Assembly (NCBI GenBank): GCA_028285645.1 | Contig: JANQOV010000021.1 | Location: forward strand, 696 to 64,695 | Source of the DNA: Hyphococcus sp. | Lineage (GTDB): Bacteria > Pseudomonadota > Alphaproteobacteria > Caulobacterales > Parvularculaceae | Reading direction: 5' to 3' | Length of the DNA stretch: 64,000 nucleotides | Shown here: piece by piece, positions 54,126 to 64,000 of the stretch | How the letters are laid out: each line of letters begins with the position of its first letter | How positions within the stretch are numbered: the stretch's first letter is position 1 | The notes under the pieces: generated by a model | What the model saw: only the letters and a program-made list of their open reading frames with translations | Databases searched by the model: none | What the model was told of the DNA's origin: nothing | Program-made: the position numbers and the translations under genes

Positions 54126-55163
54126 CTAAAACACTGCATGATCACCTCGCTCTAACTTCGCCTCTCCACGCACAAGGCTTTCGTAATAGTCGAAAAGCGT
54201 TTCGCTTCCGGTCGAGGGCGTCTGTTCAGCACTATATTCTTTCAAATTCGCGTCCCAAACCAGCATAGACTCCGTTGCATAGTAATGTCCGATGCGCGCC
54301 AACTCTGCTTTTGTCGTAAGGGACGGAAAAATTCGGCCACCAACAGACAACACACTGGCTATCCCCTTTAAGAAGCCTGGCGGAACATTTTTGAAGCGCG
54401 GTTTCTGGCCGAGCAATTTAAACAGAAATTCCCCTTGCTCATTCGGCGTTATCGCCTCGCCCGGCCCGCCGATCGGAAGAATCCGATTGTGAAGACGTTC
54501 ATCGCCCACACACCCCGCAAGGAAATGTCCAAGGTCACCGTCGCTAATTGGTTTGCAGGCTGTGAGCATACCATTGCCGAACACCAGGTAAGGCTTTCCT
54601 TGCTTCACCCGCTCAACCTGTCCTGACAGCGATTTGAAAAACGCTGTTGCCCTGACAATCGTATAGGCGATGCCGGAGTCAATCAGCTCTTTCTCGAAGG
54701 CGAGCTTCGCTTTTTGAAATTCAAGCTTCGGTTTTTGAACACAAATCGCCGACAAAAGCGTCATATGCGATATGCCGGCTCTCTTGGCGATATCGAGCGC
54801 ATCGGCGTGCGCTTTATAATCGATCCTCCATGCGTCCTGCGGCGCGCCGGTTCGCGACGCCAAGCAAGAAACAAGCGCGTCGAAGGGCTCACCGCAAAAC
54901 CCATCCTTTTCAAGAGATCGCGGATCGGTGACGTCCCCTACCCGAACGACCGCACCTTCCAGCCGTGCTTTAACATCGCTCGGCGAAAGAGCGGCGCCGA
55001 CACCTGACCGGAGCCGAACACAACAGACCACTTTGTGACCATGCTGCACGAGCGCTTGTACCGTCTTCTGACCAATCGTACCCGTAGCGCCAAGCACCAT
55101 CACGCGTTTAGGCGCGTCCTTGTGCATTGAGCCGGCTGACTTTTGCGCGATGTTTTCTGGCAT
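54126..55163 (-). CDS. bciA: Divinyl (proto)chlorophyllide 8-vinyl reductase
   Basis: GATGTIG, SCLASRTG, SAICVQKP, TAFFKS, CKPIS, YYATESML. Confidence 0.88.
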   Translation of the reverse strand: MPENIAQKSAGSMHKDAPKRVMVLGATGTIGQKTVQALVQHGHKVVCCVRLRSGVGAALSPSDVKARLEGAVVRVGDVTDPRSLEKDGFCGEPFDALVSCLASRTGAPQDAWRIDYKAHADALDIAKRAGISHMTLLSAICVQKPKLEFQKAKLAFEKELIDSGIAYTIVRATAFFKSLSGQVERVKQGKPYLVFGNGMLTACKPISDGDLGHFLAGCVGDERLHNRILPIGGPGEAITPNEQGEFLFKLLGQKPRFKNVPPGFLKGIASVLSVGGRIFPSLTTKAELARIGHYYATESMLVWDANLKEYSAEQTPSTGSETLFDYYESLVRGEAKLERGDHAVF

Positions 55164-55503
55164 TGTCGTGCTCTACACTCCGCAATGGTGCGCCAGGTTA
55201 ACATATGAATCTGCGATTTTGGCCGGCAGGATGAATTCCTTTTTCCCGACCGCCCCGCCGGCGCAATTGATTGCGGTAAATGAAGCCGGACCGCAATCTC
55301 ACCCACTTGATTGTGGCGGCTGCAAATTTGCCCCGTATCCGTCGGGCGCAAGCCGTGAAAACAGCGCCATTTTCGCCAATTTTATTGCGTTTTTTGTCAT
55401 CCGTTCACGCTCCACAATCGTAACATTTAAGTACGGCGTTTAAGCGCATCAGCCTATGCCCGCCGACTGAGTTCAATCACTTTACAGGCAAGGGGAGGAT
55501 CAA

Positions 55504-56004
55504 ATGCAGGATTTCGATTGTTTAGCCGTTGTGTCCTCGTCGCCACCTACCAAGCAAACGGCGTCGCATTCAGAATCTGAGGAAATGTCGATGGCGATAG
55601 CTTGTCTTGGCGGGCAAAAACGCTGGAAGGGCCTCGTACGCGGGTTTTTCGGCTTGTTACGCCAAGAAATCGACATCAAGTCTTCAGGTGCGGTTGAAGA
55701 CGGCGTGTTGATTTTCCGGGAAACGCTCACTTTCAAAAATGGCAGTCAAAAAAAACGCGAATGGTGTTTGCAGGATATGCCGGGCGGGCTGATGCTCAAA
55801 GCAACTGACGCGCAGCAGTTACGTCCTGCAAAAATTGAAGATGACTTGCTGACGTTCAATTACCTACTCAAGCTCAATGGTATCAAAGTCGATTATCAAG
55901 ATGCGTTCGAGTTGAACTCCAGCGGCAGAGTCAGCAATACCGGCAAAGGCAATATTTTTGGCCTGCCGGTATTAACTGTAGAGGTTGCCGAAACTACGAA
56001 TTAA
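55504..56004 (+). CDS. Hypothetical protein, DUF3833-like
   Basis: E.L.F.NG....R.W and D.F.L...G.V.N.....FG patterns resemble DUF3833; start uncertain. Confidence 0.5.
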   Translation: MQDFDCLAVVSSSPPTKQTASHSESEEMSMAIACLGGQKRWKGLVRGFFGLLRQEIDIKSSGAVEDGVLIFRETLTFKNGSQKKREWCLQDMPGGLMLKATDAQQLRPAKIEDDLLTFNYLLKLNGIKVDYQDAFELNSSGRVSNTGKGNIFGLPVLTVEVAETTN

Positions 56005-56103
56005 TTCTTGCAAGGTGCGAACCGGAGTAGAGTTCCTCCGTAAACGTCAGCCAAGCGGCACCTTAAAGCCTCTAATCTTTAATGTAGCGATCATTGGCGA
56101 TTC

Positions 56104-57027
56104 CTAGAATCTCGCGAATCCGTTCTCGATCCCCCACAGATACCAATTGTCGACAACGGTGCCGGTCAGCAAAATCCCGATACCGCCAGTCAGCGGACAC
56201 AAGATAGCAAACCACCACGCCCAACGGTGAATGGACTCCATTGAGGCGTTGAAGCCCATGGTCCAGCGCCAGAAGAGCGCTGCGCGTTCTGACGCCGTGC
56301 CGCGATCATATATCTGTTCTATCTCACGCTCGCCGCCAAACCGGCTGACCGCCAGAATGGTTGCGCCATGCATCGCGAATAGTAGTGCGGATCCGTAAAG
56401 GAACACGATTGAGAGCATGTGGAATGGATTGTAGAATAGATTGCCGTAAATCAGTGAGAAATTGTTCGTCCAATCGAGGTGTGTGAAAATCCCGAACGGC
56501 ACCGCTTCACTCCACGATCCCATCATCAATGGCCGGATGAAGCCGAGAACGAGATACAGCCAGATAGCGGAAGCGAACGCCCAAGCAACATGCGTTCCCA
56601 TTTTGAGTTGCCTGGCGCGTCGATAAGTGCGGATCCACCAAAGGATTATCGATGTCGTCAAGAAAAATCCGGCCATCAACCACCAGCCACCCTCGTTTAA
56701 GGGCGGGAACGGATTCAGGCCGTGCTCCGGAAGCGGGGGATCTAGCGATAACCAGGCGAGTTGGCCAAAAAATTTCACTGGGTCCCAACCAACGCTCGCC
56801 CACATGTTAAGACCAATAATTTCAATCGCTATGAATCCGAAAAAGAGCGAAGCAACACCGGTCCATCCGAGATAGATCGGCCCGATCTGAGCGTCGCCGA
56901 TTCTGCCGAGCAAGGTGCTGAAATGTTTTATGTGATCGCGCTCCCAATCTCCGGTGGGCAACGCTATACCGGAATCGTAATGCCCGCGTACCTGAACCTG
57001 TGTTAGTATGTTTTGATAGTCAGCCAT
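56104..57027 (-). CDS. pufM: Reaction centre M subunit
   Basis: [30 protein letters not shown]. Confidence 0.97.
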   Translation of the reverse strand: MADYQNILTQVQVRGHYDSGIALPTGDWERDHIKHFSTLLGRIGDAQIGPIYLGWTGVASLFFGFIAIEIIGLNMWASVGWDPVKFFGQLAWLSLDPPLPEHGLNPFPPLNEGGWWLMAGFFLTTSIILWWIRTYRRARQLKMGTHVAWAFASAIWLYLVLGFIRPLMMGSWSEAVPFGIFTHLDWTNNFSLIYGNLFYNPFHMLSIVFLYGSALLFAMHGATILAVSRFGGEREIEQIYDRGTASERAALFWRWTMGFNASMESIHRWAWWFAILCPLTGGIGILLTGTVVDNWYLWGIENGFARF

Positions 57028-57042
57028 GATGATCGCGCCCCG

Positions 57043-57867
57043 TTAGCTCCAGATTGGAATGTTTTTCCACCAGTTCCACCAGTCTATCCACGAGCCCTCG
57101 TAAAGCGGCCCGCTAATGACAATGCAGATGGCGCTCCAGAATCCGGCATTGAGGGCTAGGAAGAGGCCCAGTCTGTGAATGCCAAGCGTGCCGATAGAAT
57201 AGCCCATTACGTCGCGGAAGAATGCATTCTCATGCTCCGGCGCTTTTACTTCTTCGCCTTGGCCCGGATTGGTTGCGGAAAGCACGGCGCCGCCGTGTAG
57301 CGCCAATGCAAGACACGTTGTAAAAAAGAACGTTATTGCAATCATATGCGCTGGATTGTAGTGGAAGTTTCCATACTGATAGCCGGTTACCGACACCCAG
57401 TCTAAGTGACTCATGATACCGTATGGAAATCCATAGCCCCACGCGCCCATCCATATCGGCCGGATCACAACGAGAGTAACATACGCAAAAATTGCAACAC
57501 CGAAAGCAATAGGCACGTGGTAACCAATGCCGAGTTTGCGACATATTTCTACTTCCCGAAGCGCCCACGAAACGAATGCGCCGATGGCGCAGAAAGTAAT
57601 GATTTGCCAAAGGCCACCCTCGGTTAAAGGCGCTAGTGCAAGACCGTAACTGACATCCGGCGGATCAATGCTGATTAGCCACGGGTTCCACGTATCGCCG
57701 AGCGCTGCGCCGTAAAAAATCAGCGCTGTCCCGAGCGCAGCAAAAAAGATCGTCGTTACGCCGAAAAAGCCCACGAAAAACGGACCGACCCAGAAATCAA
57801 ACAGATCGCCGCCAATTAGCGTCCCGCCACGAACGCGGTATTTTCTTTCAAAGCTCAGTAACGCCAT
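57043..57867 (-). CDS. pufL: Reaction centre L subunit
   Basis: [29 protein letters not shown]. Confidence 0.97.
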   Translation of the reverse strand: MALLSFERKYRVRGGTLIGGDLFDFWVGPFFVGFFGVTTIFFAALGTALIFYGAALGDTWNPWLISIDPPDVSYGLALAPLTEGGLWQIITFCAIGAFVSWALREVEICRKLGIGYHVPIAFGVAIFAYVTLVVIRPIWMGAWGYGFPYGIMSHLDWVSVTGYQYGNFHYNPAHMIAITFFFTTCLALALHGGAVLSATNPGQGEEVKAPEHENAFFRDVMGYSIGTLGIHRLGLFLALNAGFWSAICIVISGPLYEGSWIDWWNWWKNIPIWS

Positions 57868-57937
57868 TGGGATATCCTCATGTAGTTTTCGCTTGGCGCA
57901 GGTTGTAAGCCGCTGTCGAAACGGCATCTGTTTGGCA

Positions 57938-57966
57938 GTTGGCGGCGCTGATTCAGCGCCGCCAAC
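57938..57966 (-). promoter_or_regulatory. pufA-pufL intercistronic stem-loop
   Basis: Perfect 13-bp inverted repeat GTTGGCGGCGCTG-att-CAGCGCCGCCAAC; same position as the pufBA-stabilising hairpin of Rhodobacter. Confidence 0.8.
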
Positions 57967-57974
57967 CAATGTTG

Positions 57975-58160
57975 TTAAGCTCTTCTTATTACGTCATCGG
58001 ATTCTAACATCATGGACGTTGTCGTCGCTGACGTTCCGATCCAATTGTAGCGCGGAGAGCTTAAGAGGATGAAGTGAATCAGAAGCGCGAGAGTGAACAA
58101 GAAAATGAACAAACCAACAAGCGCTCTGCGTGGATCAAAGAGTAGCCAAATCTTCCACAT
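57975..58160 (-). CDS. pufA: LH1 alpha polypeptide
   Basis: [12 protein letters not shown]...[11 protein letters not shown]. Confidence 0.96.
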   Translation of the reverse strand: MWKIWLLFDPRRALVGLFIFLFTLALLIHFILLSSPRYNWIGTSATTTSMMLESDDVIRRA

Positions 58161-58172
58161 GATTTCAGCCTC

Positions 58173-58334
58173 CTATCCTATCCATGGACGCCAAATCCAA
58201 ACCAGGAAATGGGCGACCACAGCTATCAGTGTAAAGATGATAAAACTCATCATAAATATCTTGTGGAATTCTTGTGCCTCAGCCGGCGTCAGTCCAGACA
58301 ACGACTCAGACCTTGCCGGCGTGTCACTGGCCAT
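58173..58334 (-). CDS. pufB: LH1 beta polypeptide (53 aa; not in ORF track)
   Basis: Manual translation [53 protein letters not shown]; SD AAGGAGG. Confidence 0.96.
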   Translation of the reverse strand: MASDTPARSESLSGLTPAEAQEFHKIFMMSFIIFTLIAVVAHFLVWIWRPWIG

Positions 58335-58395
58335 ATGCTACCTCCTTATTTCGACCATCGGTCTTCGTCGCATGCCTTGCCCTGCGACCTCGGGC

Positions 58396-58422
58396 TTTTG
58401 AGGGGCGGAATGCCCTTCAAAA
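58396..58422 (-). promoter_or_regulatory. pufQ-pufB intercistronic hairpin
   Basis: TTTTGAGGGGC-ggaat-GCCCTTCAAAA, 11-bp stem with one mismatch. Confidence 0.55.
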
Positions 58423-58437
58423 CTCAAAAATCTCAAT

Positions 58438-58656
58438 TCACCGACCCGTGAAAACCCACGGGATAACGCTATGCGCCATGTCCGCGGCCTCGCGAAAAAC
58501 CGATCGGCGCCCGTTATGCGCGCGCTTACTAGGAAAGATTCGACCGATTAGCGCGGCAATCAGAAAAACAGGGAAAAGAAGCAACAAGTAAAACCGATAC
58601 TCCGTACGCCCAGCTGTACTTGGGGCGTGATCGTCGGTCAGTTCTGCATTCGCCAT
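58438..58656 (-). CDS. pufQ: PufQ-like protein
   Basis: 72 aa, EY..Y..L.F TM segment, EA...A....P..F tail; between bchZ and pufB. Confidence 0.75.
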   Translation of the reverse strand: MANAELTDDHAPSTAGRTEYRFYLLLLFPVFLIAALIGRIFPSKRAHNGRRSVFREAADMAHSVIPWVFTGR

Positions 58657-58682
58657 ACTTTGCCTCCTGTTGTCGTCTTTCG

Positions 58683-60140
58683 TTAAGCCGCCCGCATACC
58701 TCCGAGCGTTTGGTGACTGGCGACGACGCGCGCTTCAGTGACTTGTGCCTCTTCTGCGCGGCGCGCCTCTGCTTCTGCATGATCACGCAACCGCTTTGCA
58801 GCAGAGATGCGTGTCAGTACCGGATATGTTTCAACAATTTTGTCGAGACTGCGGCTTGCCTCTTCATCCCATGGCAACTGCTGTGCCATGCGAGAAGGCG
58901 TTGCTTCCGTTTTATCAAGATCAACGCCAAGCGGTAGGATGTGAAACAAAGCGTCAAAAAGCGCGTTGCAGTATTCCTGCACAATATACGAGGCGCCGGC
59001 GTAGCCCATGAACGGCGTACCCGTATGGCGCCTGATTACCGCACCTGGAAATGACGCCGGAATAAAGCATGACCGCGCGCCAGCTTCCTGCAAATACATC
59101 CGTTCATTAAAGCTCCCAAAGACAACGAAAGGGGCGCTGCTGTGAATTGCATCGCGCACCGCATCATTGTCAGGTTTGCAACCCGCCGTACGTGCGAAAG
59201 CGAAAACACATGGCAGCCCCAGATCGTTTTCAAGAAAATTGCGTACGCCGCGGGCGTAGGTTTCGTTGGCGACGATCCCGAAATTTGCCGTACTGAAGAA
59301 ATCCTGCGTTACCGAACGCCAAAGATCCCAAAGCGGCTTAATCGTCGTGTGTTTTTCGTTCTCGATAAATGGTTCAGGGTCGAGCCCGGCCAATTCGCCC
59401 AATTTGTGCAGAAATTTAGTCGTGGAGTGCAGGCCGATCGGCACCTGCAAATATGGCTTGCCCATCGTCTCGCAAAGCGACCGGCCAAACTCCCGATACA
59501 TGCAGATGTTAATGTCAGCGTCGATGAGCCGGCGTACGTCAGCTATGTGGCTGCCCAGTGGGAACACCATGTTCACTTCGGCGCCGATACCCTCGACTAG
59601 CCTGCGAATTTCGTGGAGATCGGACGGCATGTTGAACATGCCATAGGTCGGGCCGATGATATTAACTGTCGGCCGTGCGCCTGCAGTTCGTTTTCTTGGT
59701 TTCGGATCGCGGCCCTTGGTTTGTCCGTATTCAGTCCACAGCCAGAGCAACGCGCGATCAGCGCTTTGCCATTGGTCTTCGTCAATGGTGCGTGGTAGAA
59801 AACGCTGGATGTTTGCGCCTTCCGGCGTGACGCCGCCGCCAATCATTTCTGCGATCGAGCCCGTAACGACCACCGCCGGGAGCTCAGGGTCGAGCGCGCC
59901 ACGAGCCCGCTTCATCGCGTTTTCCGTACCGTGCTGACCAAGCTCTTCTTCGGCGAGGCCCGTCACGACTATTGGCAATTCATGGGGAGGCAAAGCATCC
60001 GTATAGTGAAGAACTGACGTCACCGGCAGATTCTCGCATCCCACCGGTCCGTCAATCACGACCTGCAGCCCCTTAATCGCCGTAAAGACGTATACCGAGC
60101 CCCAATAACCGCCCGCACGATCGTGATCCTGGATCAACAT
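58683..60140 (-). CDS. bchZ: Chlorophyllide reductase subunit Z
   Basis: [25 protein letters not shown]. Confidence 0.96.
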   Translation of the reverse strand: MLIQDHDRAGGYWGSVYVFTAIKGLQVVIDGPVGCENLPVTSVLHYTDALPPHELPIVVTGLAEEELGQHGTENAMKRARGALDPELPAVVVTGSIAEMIGGGVTPEGANIQRFLPRTIDEDQWQSADRALLWLWTEYGQTKGRDPKPRKRTAGARPTVNIIGPTYGMFNMPSDLHEIRRLVEGIGAEVNMVFPLGSHIADVRRLIDADINICMYREFGRSLCETMGKPYLQVPIGLHSTTKFLHKLGELAGLDPEPFIENEKHTTIKPLWDLWRSVTQDFFSTANFGIVANETYARGVRNFLENDLGLPCVFAFARTAGCKPDNDAVRDAIHSSAPFVVFGSFNERMYLQEAGARSCFIPASFPGAVIRRHTGTPFMGYAGASYIVQEYCNALFDALFHILPLGVDLDKTEATPSRMAQQLPWDEEASRSLDKIVETYPVLTRISAAKRLRDHAEAEARRAEEAQVTEARVVASHQTLGGMRAA

Positions 60141-61747
60141 CCGACCGGCGCCTCCAGATTCGCATTACGCTTTGCCTGAATTTCAAGTTTTCGCCTTTGT
60201 TTTCGCCGGAAATCCGTGTTCACGACCGGCGCTTCTTCCCAGACGCCGGTCTTGTCACCCTCACCGACGTCTTCGAAAAATGCGCGCATGGCGTCGAAGC
60301 GCGACTTGCCGGCGATGGCGGCGTTCACGACTTGCGCAAGTGATCCTGCGCCGGCTGGCCCCATTAAAGGTCGTGCGGATATGAGATTAGTAAAGTACAG
60401 CGCGGGCGTCGCCGCCTCTTTCGCCTTTTGCACAATAGGCGTTGTGCCGATGGCGAGGTCTGGCTGGAATTCCTCGAACGCCGCCAAGTCTTGCTCTAGC
60501 GAGGCGCGATATTGCACGTGGACGCCGCGCGCCTCCAACCACTCTCGATCCGCGTCTGACCATTTCGTACGCGGACACGCCGATCCGACATATCGCACAT
60601 CAGCGCCCGATTCGACGAGCAAACGCGCGACGAGTAGCTCTGATCCTTCGTAACCGGACAATGTCACTCGTCCTTTGACTGGCGCTGTGCCAAGAGCGCC
60701 GGCTATCGCCGGCAGTACCGCATTTTTCGCAGCGTCGGTTTTCGATTGCGCCACACCACAGGCCTCGCCAATAGAGGCAAGCCAGGCGGCTGTACCGTCT
60801 ACGCCCACTGGCGCGGAACCAACGACGGCGCGCCCTGCCGTCTCAAATTCCCGTACAGATGCCGTGTAGAACGGATGGATAGCGGCAACGGCGGCGCAAT
60901 CGAGCGCAGCGTAAAGCTCGCGCCATTCTCTAGTCGGCGCGACAGCCCCGGCGGCAAGCCCCATAGGCTTCAGCATTTGGTCGATACCGATGGGATCGGC
61001 TGGAAACATTTCGCCGAGTAGCGTTATCTTCGGCAAATCTTCCGGATCATCGGCGGGGCGCTCCGCAGGCCGTTGCACCGGCCCCTCCTCCGCTTCGAGA
61101 CGCGCATAGTTCAACATCGCCCCAGCGAGAATGTCTTTCGCTTCAGCATGAGTCGGCACGCCAAAGCCCGGTACGTCGATGCCGATTATGCGCACGCCAT
61201 TGATATTTTTTGGAAGCAGTCGCAATGGTACGCCCGACGCCGTTGGTACGCACAAGTTCGTAACGACAATCACATCATATTTGTCGGGATCAGCCGTTTC
61301 CTCCACCGCCTCTTTGATGTCTTCAAAGAGTTTACCGGTGACAAGTGTTTCGGAATTAAAAGGCACATAGCCGACAGAGCGCTTGGCGCCGTAGAAGTGT
61401 GACGTAAATGTCAGTCCGTATACGCAGCAGGCGGAGCCCGACAAAATCGTCGCCGTGCGTTTCATACGCAAACCAACACGCAAAGAACCAAAGGCGGGAC
61501 ACATGGATTGTGGCTGGTCGTGTGGTCCTTGAGGATAATCTTTTGCGTAGCGTTCCAGCGTTTCTGATTTGCCCGCCGCTTTCGCCGCTCGTCGCATTTC
61601 CTCCGCGCCGCCATGGCATCCGCTGGACGCATACGCCGTAGCATCTGCGGGCGCAGCTTCTCCCAACACGACTGGCGCTGCGCCAGCATCGTCATAGACG
61701 GCTTCGCGCGCGTCTGATTCGCCAATCGTGTTGATAAGCTCTGTCAC
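60134..61747 (-). CDS. bchY: Chlorophyllide reductase subunit Y
   Basis: [25 protein letters not shown]. Confidence 0.96.
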   Translation of the reverse strand: MTELINTIGESDAREAVYDDAGAAPVVLGEAAPADATAYASSGCHGGAEEMRRAAKAAGKSETLERYAKDYPQGPHDQPQSMCPAFGSLRVGLRMKRTATILSGSACCVYGLTFTSHFYGAKRSVGYVPFNSETLVTGKLFEDIKEAVEETADPDKYDVIVVTNLCVPTASGVPLRLLPKNINGVRIIGIDVPGFGVPTHAEAKDILAGAMLNYARLEAEEGPVQRPAERPADDPEDLPKITLLGEMFPADPIGIDQMLKPMGLAAGAVAPTREWRELYAALDCAAVAAIHPFYTASVREFETAGRAVVGSAPVGVDGTAAWLASIGEACGVAQSKTDAAKNAVLPAIAGALGTAPVKGRVTLSGYEGSELLVARLLVESGADVRYVGSACPRTKWSDADREWLEARGVHVQYRASLEQDLAAFEEFQPDLAIGTTPIVQKAKEAATPALYFTNLISARPLMGPAGAGSLAQVVNAAIAGKSRFDAMRAFFEDVGEGDKTGVWEEAPVVNTDFRRKQRRKLEIQAKRNANLEAPVGC

Positions 61748-61754
61748 AAGTCTT

Positions 61755-62780
61755 TCAAATCTCCTCGTAGATCACTTCAAGAGACGGTTTTTCGACGGCG
61801 TCCTTCCCGCACATATCTGCAATTGTCGCCGGTTCGAGTTCGAAATCAGCGCCGGTTTCTTCAGCGGAAAACAAGTTCAAGAGATCGTCATGGACGAGCG
61901 GCGTCGGATGAACAGGCGGCGCGCTTGCGACATTGGACGCGAGTTCTTCAAACATCGGCCCCCAACGCTCGCCAGGCCTACCGACGATCTGATAATTGGC
62001 GCTTTTGCGGCGAATATCCTCGTCAGCAGGAATAGCAGCGAGAAGCGGAATGCCGACGGCCTTTGCGAAGTTCTGCGCCTCCCCAGTGCCGTCATCCTTA
62101 TTGATCACCATCCCGGCGACGCCGACATTGCCGCCGAGTTTTCGGAAATACTCGACTGCAGAACAAACATTGTTGGCTACGTAAAGTGATTGCAGATCAT
62201 TAGAGCCGACAACAATCACTTTCTGGCACATGTCCCTCGCAATCGGCAGGCCAAAACCGCCACACACGACATCACCTAGAAAATCTAAAAGTACGTAGTC
62301 GAAATCCCATTCATGAAACCCGAGTTTCTCCAAAAGTTCGAAACCATGAATGATGCCGCGCCCGCCACAGCCGCGGCCGACTTCCGGGCCGCCAAGCTCC
62401 ATCGCAAAAACGCCATCGCGCTTGAAGCAGACGTCACCGATGGCGACTTCTTCGCCGCCTAGTTTTTTCTTGGTCGAGGTTTCAATAATAGTCGGACAAG
62501 CGCGCCCCCCGAACAGCAGCGATGTCGTGTCACTTTTTGGATCGCACCCAATCAGGAGAACTTTTTTGCCCTGCTGCGCCATCATGTAAGAGAGATTTGC
62601 GAGCGTAAAACTCTTGCCGATGCCGCCCTTACCGTAAATCGCAATGATTTGAGTTTCTTTTATAACTGGCGCAGTTGAAACAGGATCTGGTTCCTGCGCC
62701 GCCTCTTCGCGAAGCGCATCATCTATTGCAGCGGTCGCAGTTGCCTTCGAAGGATTTTTCTTGTCGTCAAACGGCGTCAT
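61755..62780 (-). CDS. bchX: Chlorophyllide reductase iron protein X
   Basis: [26 protein letters not shown]; start MTPF after GGAG. Confidence 0.96.
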   Translation of the reverse strand: MTPFDDKKNPSKATATAAIDDALREEAAQEPDPVSTAPVIKETQIIAIYGKGGIGKSFTLANLSYMMAQQGKKVLLIGCDPKSDTTSLLFGGRACPTIIETSTKKKLGGEEVAIGDVCFKRDGVFAMELGGPEVGRGCGGRGIIHGFELLEKLGFHEWDFDYVLLDFLGDVVCGGFGLPIARDMCQKVIVVGSNDLQSLYVANNVCSAVEYFRKLGGNVGVAGMVINKDDGTGEAQNFAKAVGIPLLAAIPADEDIRRKSANYQIVGRPGERWGPMFEELASNVASAPPVHPTPLVHDDLLNLFSAEETGADFELEPATIADMCGKDAVEKPSLEVIYEEI

Positions 62781-63804
62781 GTGCATCTCCCCAATCAAGA
62801 ACCATTTTGAGGCATGACGAGTCCTCAAACGCCTTGGCGTAAGCTATCTCTGCATGCGCAGCATCGCTGGTGTGGGTGATAAGCCCGCTGAGGGACAAAG
62901 CGCCGCTTTTCACCAAACCCAACACTGCGTTGAGATCATCGCGCGTCCATTCTGCGGCGACCCGCAATCGCACCTCCTTCATAAAGGCGGGAGGAAAAGC
63001 GAAAGAGGGACGTGAGGCATAAAACCCGGCAAGCACAATTTCGCCGCGCGGGCGCAAATGAGTGATCAACTCGTCCAAGATCGTTGCATCACCGCTAACG
63101 TCATAAATGGCGCCGTAGTCGTTGCGTCCATCATATTCCGGCTCGATAACTGGGTAGCCGTCGCTATCAGCGCGCTCGGGATCAATCTCCCACACATTCG
63201 GCGGATTTTCACCCAGCGCCATCGTGATTCGCGCCAGCAAACGTCCGAGGACGCCATGGCCGATGATCAAATCCGGCGCAGCGCCGCCGGCAATCGCGTG
63301 GTATGCGGTCGCGGCGAGCGCAAGAAGCACAGCTTCTTTCGGCTCTTCAAAATCAATCACAACCGCACGTTCCGCCGGGACGACAATGCGCGATGCGGAA
63401 GCGCCGAATAGTCCGCGTGCGTCTTTGTAACAATTGGCCCCGGGCGCAAAGACGCGTTGTCCAATTATGTCTTTGTGACCATCGGAGCGCACAACACGAC
63501 CGACGGCCTCATATCCCGGCACCAATGGATAGCCCATGCCGGGAAATGGCGGCATTGCGCCCGACCACAGCAGTTTCTCCGTACCCGTGCTGATGCCGCT
63601 CCATTCAACATCGATGACGAGTTCTGAAGGCCCTGGCGTTTGGAGATCAAGGCGGCGCACCACTGCGTGCTGATCGCCTTCGAAAACGATTGCGTTTGCT
63701 GCTAGATATTTTTCGCTGAATGGTTCCTCGTCCGCGCCCAGAGCAATGCCGGCGGATGATCTAGCGCTTAAATCGGCGCGCTGGTCTATGGAAGGGGCTT
63801 CCAT
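62767..63804 (-). CDS. bchC: 3-hydroxyethyl bacteriochlorophyllide a dehydrogenase
   Basis: SGISTGTEKL.W.G.MPPFPG..YPLVPGYE, FPPAFMKE, CLKM.LDW. Confidence 0.95.
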   Translation of the reverse strand: MEAPSIDQRADLSARSSAGIALGADEEPFSEKYLAANAIVFEGDQHAVVRRLDLQTPGPSELVIDVEWSGISTGTEKLLWSGAMPPFPGMGYPLVPGYEAVGRVVRSDGHKDIIGQRVFAPGANCYKDARGLFGASASRIVVPAERAVVIDFEEPKEAVLLALAATAYHAIAGGAAPDLIIGHGVLGRLLARITMALGENPPNVWEIDPERADSDGYPVIEPEYDGRNDYGAIYDVSGDATILDELITHLRPRGEIVLAGFYASRPSFAFPPAFMKEVRLRVAAEWTRDDLNAVLGLVKSGALSLSGLITHTSDAAHAEIAYAKAFEDSSCLKMVLDWGDAHDAV

Positions 63805-63808
63805 AGGG

Positions 63809-63852
63809 TGTTATCTTAAGTAGACAGTCATTAGTGTCAATCTTTATTGACG
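63809..63852. promoter_or_regulatory. Tandem PpsR/CrtJ operators over the bchC promoter
   Basis: TGT-N12-ACA at 63809-63826 and TGT-N12-ACG at 63835-63852 (8 bp apart); minus strand TTGACA-16-TAAGAT. Confidence 0.85.
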
Positions 63853-63862
63853 CTATAATCGG

Positions 63863-64000
63863 CTACCGGGCGATAACGACGCGGGTTAGAATTGGTCTGC
63901 GCGTCTTGATTTCTTTCGCATGTGCAAAACCGGAATGCCGAAGTAATTCGCGGATTTCCTCTAATGAACGGGGCCGGCCGGTGCCCATCGCCCAGAGATA
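63863..64000 (-). CDS. crtF: Hydroxyneurosporene O-methyltransferase, C-terminal fragment (window edge)
   Basis: Manual translation YLWAMGTGRPRSLEEIRELLRHSGF...TRRPILTRVVIAR*; usual position upstream of bchC. Confidence 0.8.
   Translation of the reverse strand, partial: YLWAMGTGRPRSLEEIRELLRHSGFAHAKEIKTRRPILTRVVIAR

Noticed and set aside
55500-55736. 78-aa minus-strand ORF downstream of pufM as a pufX candidate
   Set aside because: No transmembrane helix, 370 nt from pufM, and antisense to a more credible ORF.
57868-57969. Apparent N-terminal extension of PufL (similar cases in ligB, tspO, bchF, lhaA, puhA, bchX and the TBDR)
   Set aside because: ORF-caller artefacts; downstream starts match conserved N-termini, SD sites or translational coupling.

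Overview
Alphaproteobacterial chromosomal window with four blocks. (1) 1-8116: protocatechuate 4,5-cleavage operon (ligU-like, DUF1932-type dehydrogenase, ligJ, ligI, ligA, ligB, ligC, aldo/keto reductase) followed by pobA. (2) 8095-20107: an uncharacterised accessory island with a TonB-dependent receptor, two GSTs, a GlcG/DUF336 protein, an atypical amidohydrolase-fold enzyme with a DUF59 partner, an MFS transporter, a flavin monooxygenase, two GntR/FCD regulators, an AhpD/CMD protein and a cupin. Its three main upstream intergenic regions and the pobA promoter share the pseudo-palindrome TTGT(A/C)GGACAA, suggesting one regulon that funnels an unknown substrate to 4-hydroxybenzoate. This is the best candidate for an undescribed system. 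(3) 20252-29516: hppD-VOC-FAH with marR (no classical hmgA), an acidic autotransporter, and a scar with an IS3 remnant. (4) 29517-64000: most of a purple-bacterial photosynthesis gene cluster of the aerobic type (acsF, no bchE seen): hemE, hemC, tspO, bchP, pucC-like, bchG, ppsR, ppaA, bchFNBHLM-lhaA-puhABC-acsF-puhE-hemA, bciA, pufQBALM (no pufC or pufX), bchCXYZ and the 3' end of crtF. It has tandem PpsR operators and apparently leaderless bchG and bchC. No rRNA, tRNA or CRISPR array was seen. All calls come from motif recognition by eye; no database searches were run.
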